The notes beneath the pieces are model-generated. The model saw only the letters and a program-made list of their open reading frames with translations. It was not told the DNA's origin and ran no database searches. Shown here piece after piece: positions 43,476 through 53,902 of a stretch of DNA of 53,902 nucleotides (the stretch's first letter is position 1; every line of letters starts with the position of its first letter). The stretch spans positions 1-53,902 of the forward strand of contig NIVC01004234.1 of assembly GCA_002269645.1 (NCBI GenBank). The letters are read 5' to 3'. This DNA comes from Macrostomum lignano. Taxonomy: Eukaryota. The position numbers and the translations under genes are program-made.

Positions 43476-44164
43476 CTTCGGATGCAGACAGAAATGACGC
43501 GTTCGTTATTAAACGTCATTGTGCTAATCAGATTTAAGTCGGCGTTCCTGCAAGCTCTCGAAGCAGAACTCGGGAAATTTCTATTGGCCTTGAAGCTGGA
43601 AGCCATGTCATTGGCTGGCTGAGAAGGTAGGGCTTTTTAATTCAAGTAATGGTTCGATGTTTAACATAAACTAATTGCAGAAAAATGCTCCCCGGAGTAC
43701 CGCTTGCTTGAAACAACACGTGCATGCATAAATTGGCTTCATCTATACTTCATCTGATTTAGAAATGCAGCCAGGTACGCACGAACACCGAGATGGAACT
43801 GGCTGAGACTACAATTAGACTGCGGATCTGACGATGAATGATTATTCCCGAAAAATGTTTTGAAAGAGAGGCCGGGCATTCCGAAACATCTGCCGATTTC
43901 CGATGCTCAGGAATCGGTGCGGCTGAGTCTGACTGAGTCTGACTGTTGACATTCCGCCATCATTGCCCCGACTGAGAGAGAAGCCCCTTCGTCCATGTTT
44001 CTGTTGGGGAGCTCTGTGGCTTCCCAAAACACTCTTCTTGGGCTGATCTGCACTGGCAATCATGCACTTCCCTCGTGCCCATCCTATAGGAATGAATTAA
44101 ACCTAATCAGTCCATTTTGTAAGCTACTAGCTTGTAGCTTATTCTTGCGAGTGTGCAGGACTTG

Positions 44165-44515
44165 TTTCTCTGTGCAAGACCTTGCGAGTGTCCTGAAGTG
44201 CAAGACCTGCATCTCTGTGCAACACCTGCGAGTGTCCTGTGCAACACCTTGCGAGTGTCCTGTGCAACACCTTGCGAGTGTCCTGTGCAAGACCTTGCGA
44301 GTGTCCTGTGCAACACCATGCGAGTGTCCTGTGCAAGACCTTGCGAGTGTCCTGTGCAACACCTTGCGAGTGTCCTGTGCAAGACCTTGCGAGTGTCCTG
44401 TGCAACACCTTGCGAGTGTCCTGTGCAAGACCTTGCGAGTGTCCCTGTACAAGATCTGCATCTCTGTGCAACACCTTGCGAGTATCCTGTGCAAGACCTT
44501 GCGAGTGTCCTGTGG
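44165..44515. repeat. 23-bp minisatellite (C/G)ACCTTGCGAGTGTCCTGTGCAA
   Basis: Direct reading. Confidence 0.93.
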
Positions 44516-44574
44516 AGAACTCTTCCAATCCGCCTGACCATCAAACGCCAGCCAAGGGTTTCAGATACGAGTAG

Positions 44575-44738
44575 CGGTGCGACAACAACTGGAAGAGAGG
44601 CGAGTTCAGTCCGAGAAAAGGGAGTGCAAGACTCCCATGCAAGAAGTGTCTGACAGAAGCATTCACTGAAAGCTCGGGATTGCGTAGCTGCACTTCTAGT
44701 CCGGTAGAGTTCTTTCAAGCACACGACGTCGTTACGTC
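44575..44738 (+). pseudogene. isolated exon-like segment resembling an Ephrin_rec_like (GCC2/GCC3) Cys repeat
   Basis: Translates RCDNNWKRGEFSPRKGSARLPCKKCLTEAFTESSGLRSCTSSPVEFFQ, bounded by ag| and |gtaag. One expected Cys is Ser and I found no partner exons. Confidence 0.35.
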
Positions 44739-44939
44739 GTAAGGGGAAATGAAGGCGAGGATCGGAACAACCAGAACAAGCAGAATGTCATTCTTCTTGA
44801 AGCTCTCATTGGTTTCGGAACGGCAGCCATAAAATTCATATAATCGCAGGTAGTTTAACGCATCTTTGTGTGTGCCATGGATAGTTGAAATACTACGTGG
44901 CACAATTTTAAACTCGTTTCAGTTAAATACATAATAATA

Positions 44940-45686
44940 TAGCATTTTGCAGCCCATTTGGGCTTACGCGCATTTAATTTAATCCAAGATACATTTGCCA
45001 ATGTAACAGAGCTTTTGTCTATGGTAGCAAGGCTGGCGCAGCGGCATTTAATTTGGTCCAAAAAGCATCCATTTGGTCCAAACACTCGTGAGCCATTGGA
45101 CAAACTCTTGCCTTCTCGCAACCGTCTGCAGGTTGTTGCGCACCGCTGGAATGTCAGCGTCTCTTACCAAAAGTTTTCAGTTGCTTTTCCAGAGCTCTGC
45201 TGATAGTCGAAATCTGATAACCAACTGGAGCTGTTCCCTCAACTTCTGCTGCATTTCGGCAACGTCAACAAAGGGTTCGTCTCCACTGCATCGAGTAGCA
45301 GTTGGACCTGAGGCTCTCGAGCAACTTTCCTTGGCGATTGCCACCCTTTCGCAGGCAATCTCTGCCGGCAGAGTTTCAACGCGCTGCTAGATGCTGTAAA
45401 CCACCATTTCTTTCACATTCAGCAACCTTGCAATGTCCTTTGGGTGTTCACCTCCGTCGAGTGCTTCGATCACAAGCCAATGACATTCGTTCAATAGCCT
45501 AGCATATGGTCCACAATTCTGGGACTGAGCTGCAAATGAACTAAATGGACCAAATTGATGCTTGTTGGACCAAATTAAATGCCGCTGTGCCAGCCTTGCT
45601 ACCATAGACAAAAGCTCCATTGCTTTGACAAACATATCTTGGATTAAATTCAATGCGCGTAACCCTAAATGGGCTGCAAAAAGCTA
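44940..45686 (-). mobile_element. 747-bp internally deleted Tc1/IS630-like (ITm) transposon with about 141-bp TIRs
   Basis: 44940-45080 and 45546-45686 are imperfect inverted repeats flanked by TA on both sides. The interior encodes a frameshifted HTH-type transposase N-terminus (WLVIEALDGGEHPKDIARLLNVKEMVVYSI...QGKLLEPQVQLLLDAVETNPLLTL...ISTISRAL...RRQEFVQW); no DDE domain is left. Confidence 0.8.
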
Positions 45687-46244
45687 TATGTTATGTAAGT
45701 AATGTTCAGCGGGTTGAATTCTATTATATAGTGGGGTTGTCTGCCTCGCTCCCTTTTGGCTATTAGACGAATGATGACACGGAGCTTTGACACGAAAAAT
45801 TTTAAACATCGATGAATAGATGACAATAATGAAGATAGGAGATAGTGCACGTAAGAATGGGGCTCTAGTTTTGTTCTTCTTTTGTTTTACTCATAAAAAC
45901 AGCATCGTGAGTAAAATTTAATCTCCCTTGAAACATTTTAAAAATTAAAATAATCTACAATAATTTTTAGAAAACAGACGATCTTTTAGATATAATGCCT
46001 GCCTGAATATCTGTCTAGAAAACCCACCCATGCAATTTAGTCAGCAAGTTTATTTCTATTATGCTCACAGACACAGGTCGCAGCTCGTGCAGTATTCTAA
46101 AATTTCTCATGTAATATTATTACATGATATGAATAAGTAGGCCTATATTCTTCTATAGAGTATAAAAGTACATTAGCCTTTTATTTTATCCACATTAATT
46201 TTAAACTATGCCCTATAATATTGAAGTTAGGCCTAGATACTAAT

Positions 46245-46362
46245 CAGGGGTGTAGCCAAGGGGAGTACACGGACACCAGGGGCATGCTTCCATTGCTAAC
46301 ATTGGAAATGGATTGATGTCTTTGTCCCCCCTCCCTTGACATGAATCCTGGCTATGCACCTG
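46245..46362. mobile_element. 118-bp hAT-type MITE
   Basis: Imperfect TIRs CAGGGGTGTAGCCAAG and CCTGGCTATGCACCTG with a near-perfect 8-bp TSD ATACTAAT/ATATTAAT. A lone matching end GCTACACCCCTG lies at 48329-48340. Confidence 0.7.
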
Positions 46363-46843
46363 ATATTAATTCTAATATTTTTTTACTTGTAATAAATATA
46401 TCAAGATTAGAGTTAGACCTCTAGGCCATCTGAAAATAAAAACTACAAATGGATGAAAGTCACTAAAAGAGCCTAAGTATTGCAAGATTGCTCATTCCTT
46501 TAGCATATTCATTTATTTTAATCATTTAATTTTATTAATTAATTAATTCTCTATTATTAGATTTTTTAGATTTCAAAGCTTATGGGGCATCGCTGAGATG
46601 TCAAGGGGGAGTTGATATATTAAGGCTTGTGGGGAGAATTGTTGACATGTCAAGGCTTACAAGGGACTGCTAGGATAAAATGCAAAGAGACGCTACATGT
46701 AGTTTATTAAACCAACTTGTACTGCATTTTTGGCTCCCGAATGGGGGGGCGCTGATTGCTAGTTTCTTTTAGATTTCTTAAAGCACAGCTTCTCTAAACA
46801 TAGCATGCTAGCATTATCTTGGGCATCCTGCTGTCTAGTTGGT

Positions 46844-47502
46844 GGGTCCATGAGAATTGCCCGCAGATGAATTGCCTGCCAAGATTTGCCCATAGGAGAT
46901 GGGCTTTTTCTGCCAAGATTTGCCTGCAGTGCATTTTGCCTATGAGGGAATTGCCCATGGAGATTTGCCTGCCAAGAATTGCCTATTGAGATTTGCTCAC
47001 AGTGCATTTTGCCTGTGAGCAAATTGCCCATAGAGATTTGCCCGCAATACAATTTGCCCTCAAGTGGATTGCCTGCAAGCGAGTTGCCCGTAGAGTTTTT
47101 CCCATTGTGGTTTGCCTACAATGCTTTTTTATTGCAGATTTTGTCTGCATTGCCTTCCCAATGCTTATTATATGTAATACATCTTAGTAAAAAGATTTAC
47201 ACCAAAACTTTTTGATAGTAATTGCATATCAACTGCATATTTTTGGGGGGCCAGGCAATACAGACAGAATCTAGCTACCAAATCTACTGTAGTAAAAAAG
47301 CATTGTGGGCAAACCTTGGCAGGAAAAAACTCTTCAGGCAACTCGCTCATGGGCAATTCATTGCGGGCAAATTGCACTGCGAACAAATCTCGGCAGGCAA
47401 TTCTCGGCAGGCAAATCTCCACAGGCAATTTACTCACAGGCAAAATGCACTGTTTACAAATCTCTTTAGGCAAATCTTCTGCAGGCATTTCTCGTGCTCC
47501 CC
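46844..47502. mobile_element. foldback-like element with internally repetitive inverted arms
   Basis: Left arm about 46844-47130 is built of about 15-bp ttgcc modules; right arm about 47294-47502 is built of ggcaa modules. Inner ends tttgcctacaatgctttttt and aaaaaagcattgtgggcaaa are complementary around an about 163-bp spacer. Confidence 0.7.
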
Positions 47503-48743
47503 TAATTGGTATTGTCATTATCTATCCTACTCCATTTCACTGTATGCCTATGTTGTTTGCCACATCAGTGATAAATTAGACTTTGTCCAACTACACTTTG
47601 CTACCAAAAATGTACTATAGAAAATAAAGAGACCAATTGTCTATCAAACTGTATAGAGCTGAGGCTTAAGCAAGACAATAAATAATAAGATAAACAATTC
47701 TAGATAAAGATAAAGATAAACATTCCTTTTCAAAAAGATATTTATTTGTAGTCAAATTATCAAACTAGAATAGAGTGGGTAAGTGAAACACTGCCTAGGC
47801 TAGATCAACACTCATAGCAAACTAAATAGCTACTTAAACTAGCTAAGTATATATAAATATACTGCTGGGTGGCAGAGCAGCTTAGCATCTGACTCTTGCA
47901 CTATAGTCCTTGGTTTGATTTAATGTGTGGCCACATTCATTTGGGGCTTGTTTAACAAAATTTTCCAAGGTTATGTGATTCACACTTATGAAGACCAACC
48001 CCCTCAAAGCATAGAGTTTACATGACTAGAAAGAAGCATAGAATATATATTTCTGTACATTTCAAATTTTTTTTCTGAATTCTATATTTCTGTGAATTGT
48101 AACTCACACACACCTTTACCAAGACACCATCAATAGAGTACATGAGGTGCTACTAGCTTAGAAGTGACCACAGATACTGGAATAACTAGATGGGCATATT
48201 TTCGTGCAAACTACTTTCAGTTCAGTAGTAAGTAAGTTAAACTAAAGCATTTTAATGTATTTACAAGACAAGGCTCATTTATTGGCTCTTACCCCCCAAG
48301 CTTAAACCCCCCAACTGCGCCTTTCCACGCTACACCCCTGCCCCACCCCAATTTTTATTGCCTTTCTTGGAATTCCAGTTTAAAGCTGCCATGTACATTT
48401 CAGTGGCTGACTAATATACATTATTGCTGAACCAATTAGCAAGTTGTTTACGCCTGCTTGTGGGCTTCTAATTTTATCAAAGTCATTTTAGCTGCCTTTA
48501 TTTCTATAAAATAGCTTATGTATTCTTCTTTGCTACTGAACTGTAAGTAGAAAACTGTTTTACTAAGTATATGTTCCAAGTGGCCCATCTAGTTATTTTA
48601 GTATCTGTGGAAGTGACTTAAGAGAAGAGCTTTGATTTTTGGCCCTTGGCCTGTTTGACTAAACTTATCTGCCAATAAAAAAAAGTATTTCATATTTAGG
48701 TTAATTTCTTTAATTTTTTTCAATGCATGCAGACCCCTGCAGC

Positions 48744-48860
48744 ATGATCACGGACATACAACTGGCAATCTTTGCTAACCTGTTGAGTGTGTCCCTGTTC
48801 CTTTTGGTCATTCTCTACCACTATATTGTGGTAAATCAGGGTAAAAGTCGACCAGAATAA
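48744..48860 (+). CDS. OST4: oligosaccharyltransferase subunit 4, 38 aa
   Basis: [38 protein letters not shown] matches the highly conserved metazoan OST4 pattern MITDxQLAIFANxLGVSLFLLVVLYHY. It is below the ORF-track cutoff. Confidence 0.95.
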   Translation: MITDIQLAIFANLLSVSLFLLVILYHYIVVNQGKSRPE

Positions 48861-51800
48861 TGGTGCTAATTGCAACTAATTGCAGTTTTCTTCAATTTTA
48901 TCTGATTTCATCCATCTATCCATTTTTATCAATGTGTTTTAAACTTAATTTTTTTGCTTGCTACTACAAGTAGATAAATTGTGTCGGACAATGATTTTTG
49001 TTTGTGTGTGTTGTATTTGAGAAGCAGTTCCAGCCCTTTGCTTCCATTAATTGTTTGCTATTATTTAGCTATTCGAGTTAAGCTATTCGACAAAATATAC
49101 AATACAAATTGGCAACCCAAAAATTAAATCTATCGACCTGTTCGCTTTTTTGTTTCGATAATTTTTTAAATTAATTTCGCATTGCTTCGTGGTGCAGTTG
49201 CAAGTATGGTGTCCAGTTGTCATTGTGTCTATAGTGTGAAAATTTGCTAACTATTCTTGTATAAAAAAATTTAAAATACATCGCTTTATTTTGCGACGCA
49301 GAAGATTTTCGTTTCGGCCAACTTCTGTTCCACTTCTGCTCTTTGAAGCGACAGCTCATTCAGTGCGGGGGATAATTTATTCATTTCTTTTGGATTTTCA
49401 TTTCCAGTCGCTTTTTGTCGTCTCTTTAAGCTTTTCGCGGAGGAAGCCAATGGACACTTCTGGTGCATTTTCTCCGCCGTTCTTCTCCTTGTCTTCCTCT
49501 TGGATTTCAGCGGCTTCTCCACTTCAACTGCCCCTGTATGATAGAAATTTTATTAGCGAAAGCGGCAATGAAGGAATAATGAGCAGCCCCCCGTATGCAC
49601 GCCATGCAATGTGTTGATTTATTCATTTGAATGCTGCTGAAATTCAGCATTTACGTTTACTGCCTTCCCTTTTCTTGCTGATGGTTGATTATGGCAGGTG
49701 ATGCGATGCAACAGCCAGCTTCACGTAGCTTCATCGTTTGGAATTGAAAAATATATTTCCCCGGCCTTTTTCCCATCTGTGCAATGCTGATATTGCAAAC
49801 AATAAGTGTCTAAATTTAACTATTAAAGCCTACGTCTGCATGTCTACGTCTGAAAATTGATAGTAGAATGGCGCTGCACTCTTGCGAATCCGGCCTAATT
49901 CACTACAAAATGGATACGAGAGTACCGGAGTGTGCTTTTATAGTTGATGTTGATCAACAAGTTTTCCGTATATAAAATTTAACAAAATTCCCTGTAAACC
50001 CGTAACTATAGCATTAAAAATGTTTAAGAAGTCGAAAATTTAATTTAAGACACGTCCAACCATTACGCTCGTATAACGCCCGTAATGTTAATTAGAGCAT
50101 TAAACATTTAAGAATTCCAGCATTGAATTTAAGACACGTTGTCTTAAATTGTCTATTGTCTATATACAATTGCCTATGGCCAATCCTTTGAGACAATTCT
50201 AAGCGGTACGCTAATACATCTACACAATCTACCATTGTCTCACTTAGTAGGAAAAAGCTGTTGCTTTCGTGTTCTCTAAATATATTACATGGATGTAGAT
50301 TAGTTTTGTATACATATCGTTTAATGCACTCATAGTTTTGCCAATAACAAGCTGGGCTGATAAAATCTATCTAGGACGACTATAATCTATAAAAAAAACA
50401 CTAAAAACGATTAAAACAATAAGGATTGTCAATTGATTGTTTTTAATAGGTAAAACTCTCTTCTCGATAGTGCATTTTGCAGACAAAACCTGCTTTAATG
50501 AAATTTGCACGGTTCGCGAGTGTAGCCGCTTTCTGCAAAAATTTTCCCCGACTGTTTTTACTGCGATCGACTGCGAACGACAGCAATGTCCAAAACGTGC
50601 TGAAATTTTAGCCAAAACTCATATCCGCATATCCGCATATCCGCTCTGTTGAATGGTAAAACTAAAACGATTTGTCATTAGACAACTTGCTTATTGAATT
50701 CAAAAGTATTTTTGCTGTCAAGCGCACCAAAAAGTCTCGTAGCATAAGTGTCGTCAGTGCAAATTAGGTTTAATAAAAGCCCTATAGGTGGCACCTAGAG
50801 CTGTTTACAATTAGCTTAAAGGTAAGGTAGTGCAAATCGGGGCAACTTCATCCGAGTTGCGGCGCTCAAGGCACACCTGCAACGCAATTATCGAGGCCGC
50901 GGCAATTTCGACTGTTAAGAGAGAATGAATTCACTTTACTTTGTCAGAAGGAGCTAATGTATAATTACACGAATGCAGCTCTTGATTAGGTAAATACTTG
51001 AGTTCTTTCTTGAAACTCCGTCTTACTGATTAACGTTATTGTCTTCAGAGAAGCCTTTCATTTTGCTTGCACATGCGCAGAATGCTTTCAAACAAACCAC
51101 GGCAACGCGTATTGCTTGGACTTGGACACCCCACAATTTTTTGCTGCGCTGAAATCGAGCAACGCAGGCACACGAAATTCAAGAACACGAGCTAACTTTT
51201 GTTGCGCGCCTTCTCAAACCAGAATCAAGTCGCCAGCCCGCCGTCTGTCATGGCGCCGCGCCCGGCTCCAGGACCAGCTCAGGAAGAGGTGGTGGCGCCT
51301 CCGGACCGTCGAGATATTCGACGCTTCTGCCAGAAGGTCGGATTTTCCCATAAGCGCCAGTGTATTCAGTACACCCCTGTGCGCCAATCAGCACTGCGCC
51401 TCAGTGCAGCCTTGCCAAGCCTCCAAATTTCATCAGCACGTCGATCACTTGTCTGCATCAGCACTGACTTCGTTTGTTACTGACCTTCACTTCTGAGCAT
51501 GCAAATGTGCCGTCACTCATCGTGGCATCTTGATCACCAGCCGGTTGATGAGCTCTTAGGCAGCTGCTGCCAGGCATTCAGAACCGCCCGTCGATCGCAT
51601 CTGTCTGGAGAGACTTTGACTGCTTGTTAAATGTGCGAATTCCCCCGGCCCCCCTTCAGTTCCTTTATGCCTTACTTTGCGTTGACGTCTGGCGGCGGCA
51701 ACCTTCGCACATTTCTGAATCACCGACGGCATGCACCGAGGACTGTCGGGAAGGTATGCCAACGGTAGTGAGTGGTCAAAATTATCGTGTTATATAGTGT

Positions 51801-52293
51801 GGTACAAATCCAACCAGGTGATTTTGCACTCACACTTGACGATTCGATCATATTATATTGTACGCTCGTATATATTTACGAGTAATAAATGCATTAGTTA
51901 CTTTTCAGTAGAGTATCGTTTACGAGTGCAAGCGTACTCATCATGCGGTAATTTTGTACATTGTACAATGTATAACTAAAAAGTTATGAGAAAGTAACAA
52001 CAGGAGCACACGATGACGCATGCATGATTGTTGTCATGGCTTGTAGAGCGCTGGACCGAGCAGCTCAATATCAACATTAAGCCATGCCTTGTCAGAGTCA
52101 GAGGCAACTCGAAGACACCTTTCCGTGATAGATACGGCTCCTTGATTAATCTGTAGGATGGTGTATCGCCGATGCAAAAATCGAGAATGACCCGCCGAAT
52201 CATCAAAGCTGTAACGCTGGTGTCTTCGTTTAGTCACTATGAATACATGGAAGGCCATCTACATATCGGAGCGAAATGGTCGCATCATCACGC

Positions 52294-53706
52294 TCAGCGG
52301 CCATAGAAGTTTTTTCTTAGACCGGATTCGTCGATCTGCACGCTGCCCTGAGTAACTACCATCGGAATCTGCTGCGCCGCCTCCTCCGACTGCGATTGAC
52401 GACGGCTGCTTTTCCGCCGGTTGCGCAGTTCCAGCTGAGTGCTCTGCCGCGACTCGGACATCCTCGGCGCGTACTGCACACTGTCGAGCGTCTGCGAACC
52501 CCGAATAGTTTCGAAGTAAGGCCACTGAGCCGGGAATTGAGTTCGAATTATGACATCGTCGCAGCAGCGAGTCCGGTACGTCAGTTTTGGTATAAAGTCT
52601 GCTTGGTGTCTGCAATTCATAGGAGTGCAATGGCCGGTCGCTTATTAAACCTGTGCAAATTTTGTTGCATTAAAATTGTCTCTGGTTACGAAGGTGCTCC
52701 ATCATTCTTCATCATCCTTACACTTCATCATCCTTACACTTCATCATCCTTACACTTCATCCCTTACACTTCATCATCCTTACACTTCATCGTCCTTAGA
52801 GCTGTGACTATATGCATGCACTTCAAGAGTCTGGTTAAGACAGAATTTTAAACAGAATTACTGTTGCTCTTGATGCCACCCGGGTCATAACACTGAGGTT
52901 CAAAAAACTGATGACACATACTGCGATCTCCGAGAATGCATAAAATACTGCAAAAGTCACGCTTTATTTTAGTTAAGAAGTCTTTACTTTACTTATTTAT
53001 ATAGATGGCTGTATAAAGGCGAATTATTCTAGTGAAGAGTTTGAACAACGGTCTTCCGACTCTACACGTTGTTATAGTGACTACTTGAGCGCTTAAAAAT
53101 GGAGACAGCCCTAGAAAAAGTTCTAAGTTCCTAGAAAAAAAGTTCCTAGAAAAAAGGGGCGTTCACGGAGGTAGACGAAGATTCATTGATTTTCATCATA
53201 AGTGAGGAATCCTGCCCGATAGTTTAATGCATCCGAAAGGCTCGTTAAAGTGAGCAAATCCTATCACTTCCCGAAGAAATGGCTGGGATATCTCGACGGT
53301 CTCAAATTTTGTTGACAATTCAAGAAAATTCTGCTCCAGTGTGACACGAATCGTTGAGCTATAGTTCGATCTACACAAATGAAACTTACACATGGCACGG
53401 CTCCATTTCATTGACGCTGAAAATGTTCAGCTTTTGGCGGAATTTTTCTCCCGGCCAGGCCGATCGAGTTTCACCCAGCCTGAAAGTCAGCATCAGGCAC
53501 TGAACAAAGACGGCCGCGGCTGCTCCATTCAAGGCCAGCATCGCGTAAATCGACGCCCGCCACAGGCTGGCGAACGGCTTTGAAGTCACGTGACAGTTCT
53601 CGCGGCGAATCATGATGTCTAGCATGCGGCAGGAGATGGCGCCGACCGTTGCCGCGTACACGGCGAGGCCCGCTAGAGATAGCAGCACGAGGAAGGCCTT
53701 GTATGC
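52294..53706 (-). CDS. 3' part of an unidentified membrane protein. Exons 53706-53390 and 52609-52294; the 5' end is probably outside the window
   Basis: Acceptor tttgcag| at 53706, donor |gtaagt at 53389 and acceptor attgcag| at 52609 are phase-compatible. The product has two hydrophobic helices followed by a Ser/Arg/Gln-rich tail. Confidence 0.6.
52707..52797. repeat. 16-bp tandem repeat TTCATCATCCTTACAC, about 5.5 copies
   Basis: Direct reading; lies in the intron of the terminal gene. Confidence 0.9.
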
Positions 53707-53902
53707 CTGCAAATTGTGAGCGTTAAAGACGGCAGTTGGTTGCTACGACTTTTCTAGTACTTTGTGGCCTCGGGTACAGGCTGCTTCTTGAACGCTTCTG
53801 ATGCTTGTCTAGAATTAGTGTGGCCTCGTACAACACGCATTAAGAGATTGTTCATTCTTTCATGACGTGGAAAGGTGTACCATGGTAGTTGTTCAATGTT
53901 GA

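Noticed and set aside
49171-49617. Charged, coiled-coil-like overlapping ORFs
   Set aside because: Protein-like text is split across three frames with stops and has no identifiable domain.
52034-52630. Stop-codon readthrough (ATG TAG ATG) joining two minus-strand ORFs
   Set aside because: The phase-consistent exon uses a different frame (52609-52294), so the joined frame is likely incidental.

Overview
Eukaryotic (metazoan, probably invertebrate) genomic DNA. A flatworm such as Macrostomum is a guess from the minisatellite-saturated introns and GC-rich exons, not something the sequence proves. Most long ORFs in the supplied track are artefacts of tandem repeats. Genes I could reconstruct by hand with GT-AG boundaries and consistent phases: a 5-exon Shaw/Kv3-type K+ channel (+, 10380-19759), an intronless fax/FAXC-like GST-fold gene (-), a divergent ankyrin/TRP-like channel (-), an intronless CD36/SCARB-family receptor (+), a 5-exon histamine-H1-like GPCR (-, 43475-33839), the 38-aa OST4 gene missed by the ORF track (+), and the 3' end of an unknown membrane protein (-). 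There is also a tRNA-Ile gene with a GAU anticodon, which is atypical for eukaryotes. About 30 tandem arrays (roughly 15 kb, my hand estimate) fill introns and intergenic space between about 2.7 and 44.5 kb, often stopping within tens of bases of splice sites. DNA-transposon relics include a Tc1/IS630-like deletion derivative, two MITEs and a foldback. The best leads are the G34 tRNA-Ile, direct sequence evidence for minisatellites arising inside a transposon TIR and spreading as a shared-core family, an H1-type GPCR with a conserved histamine pocket, and a Shaw-like subunit with an altered S4/S6 and a putative inactivation-ball first exon. I see no CRISPR array or prokaryote-type system.
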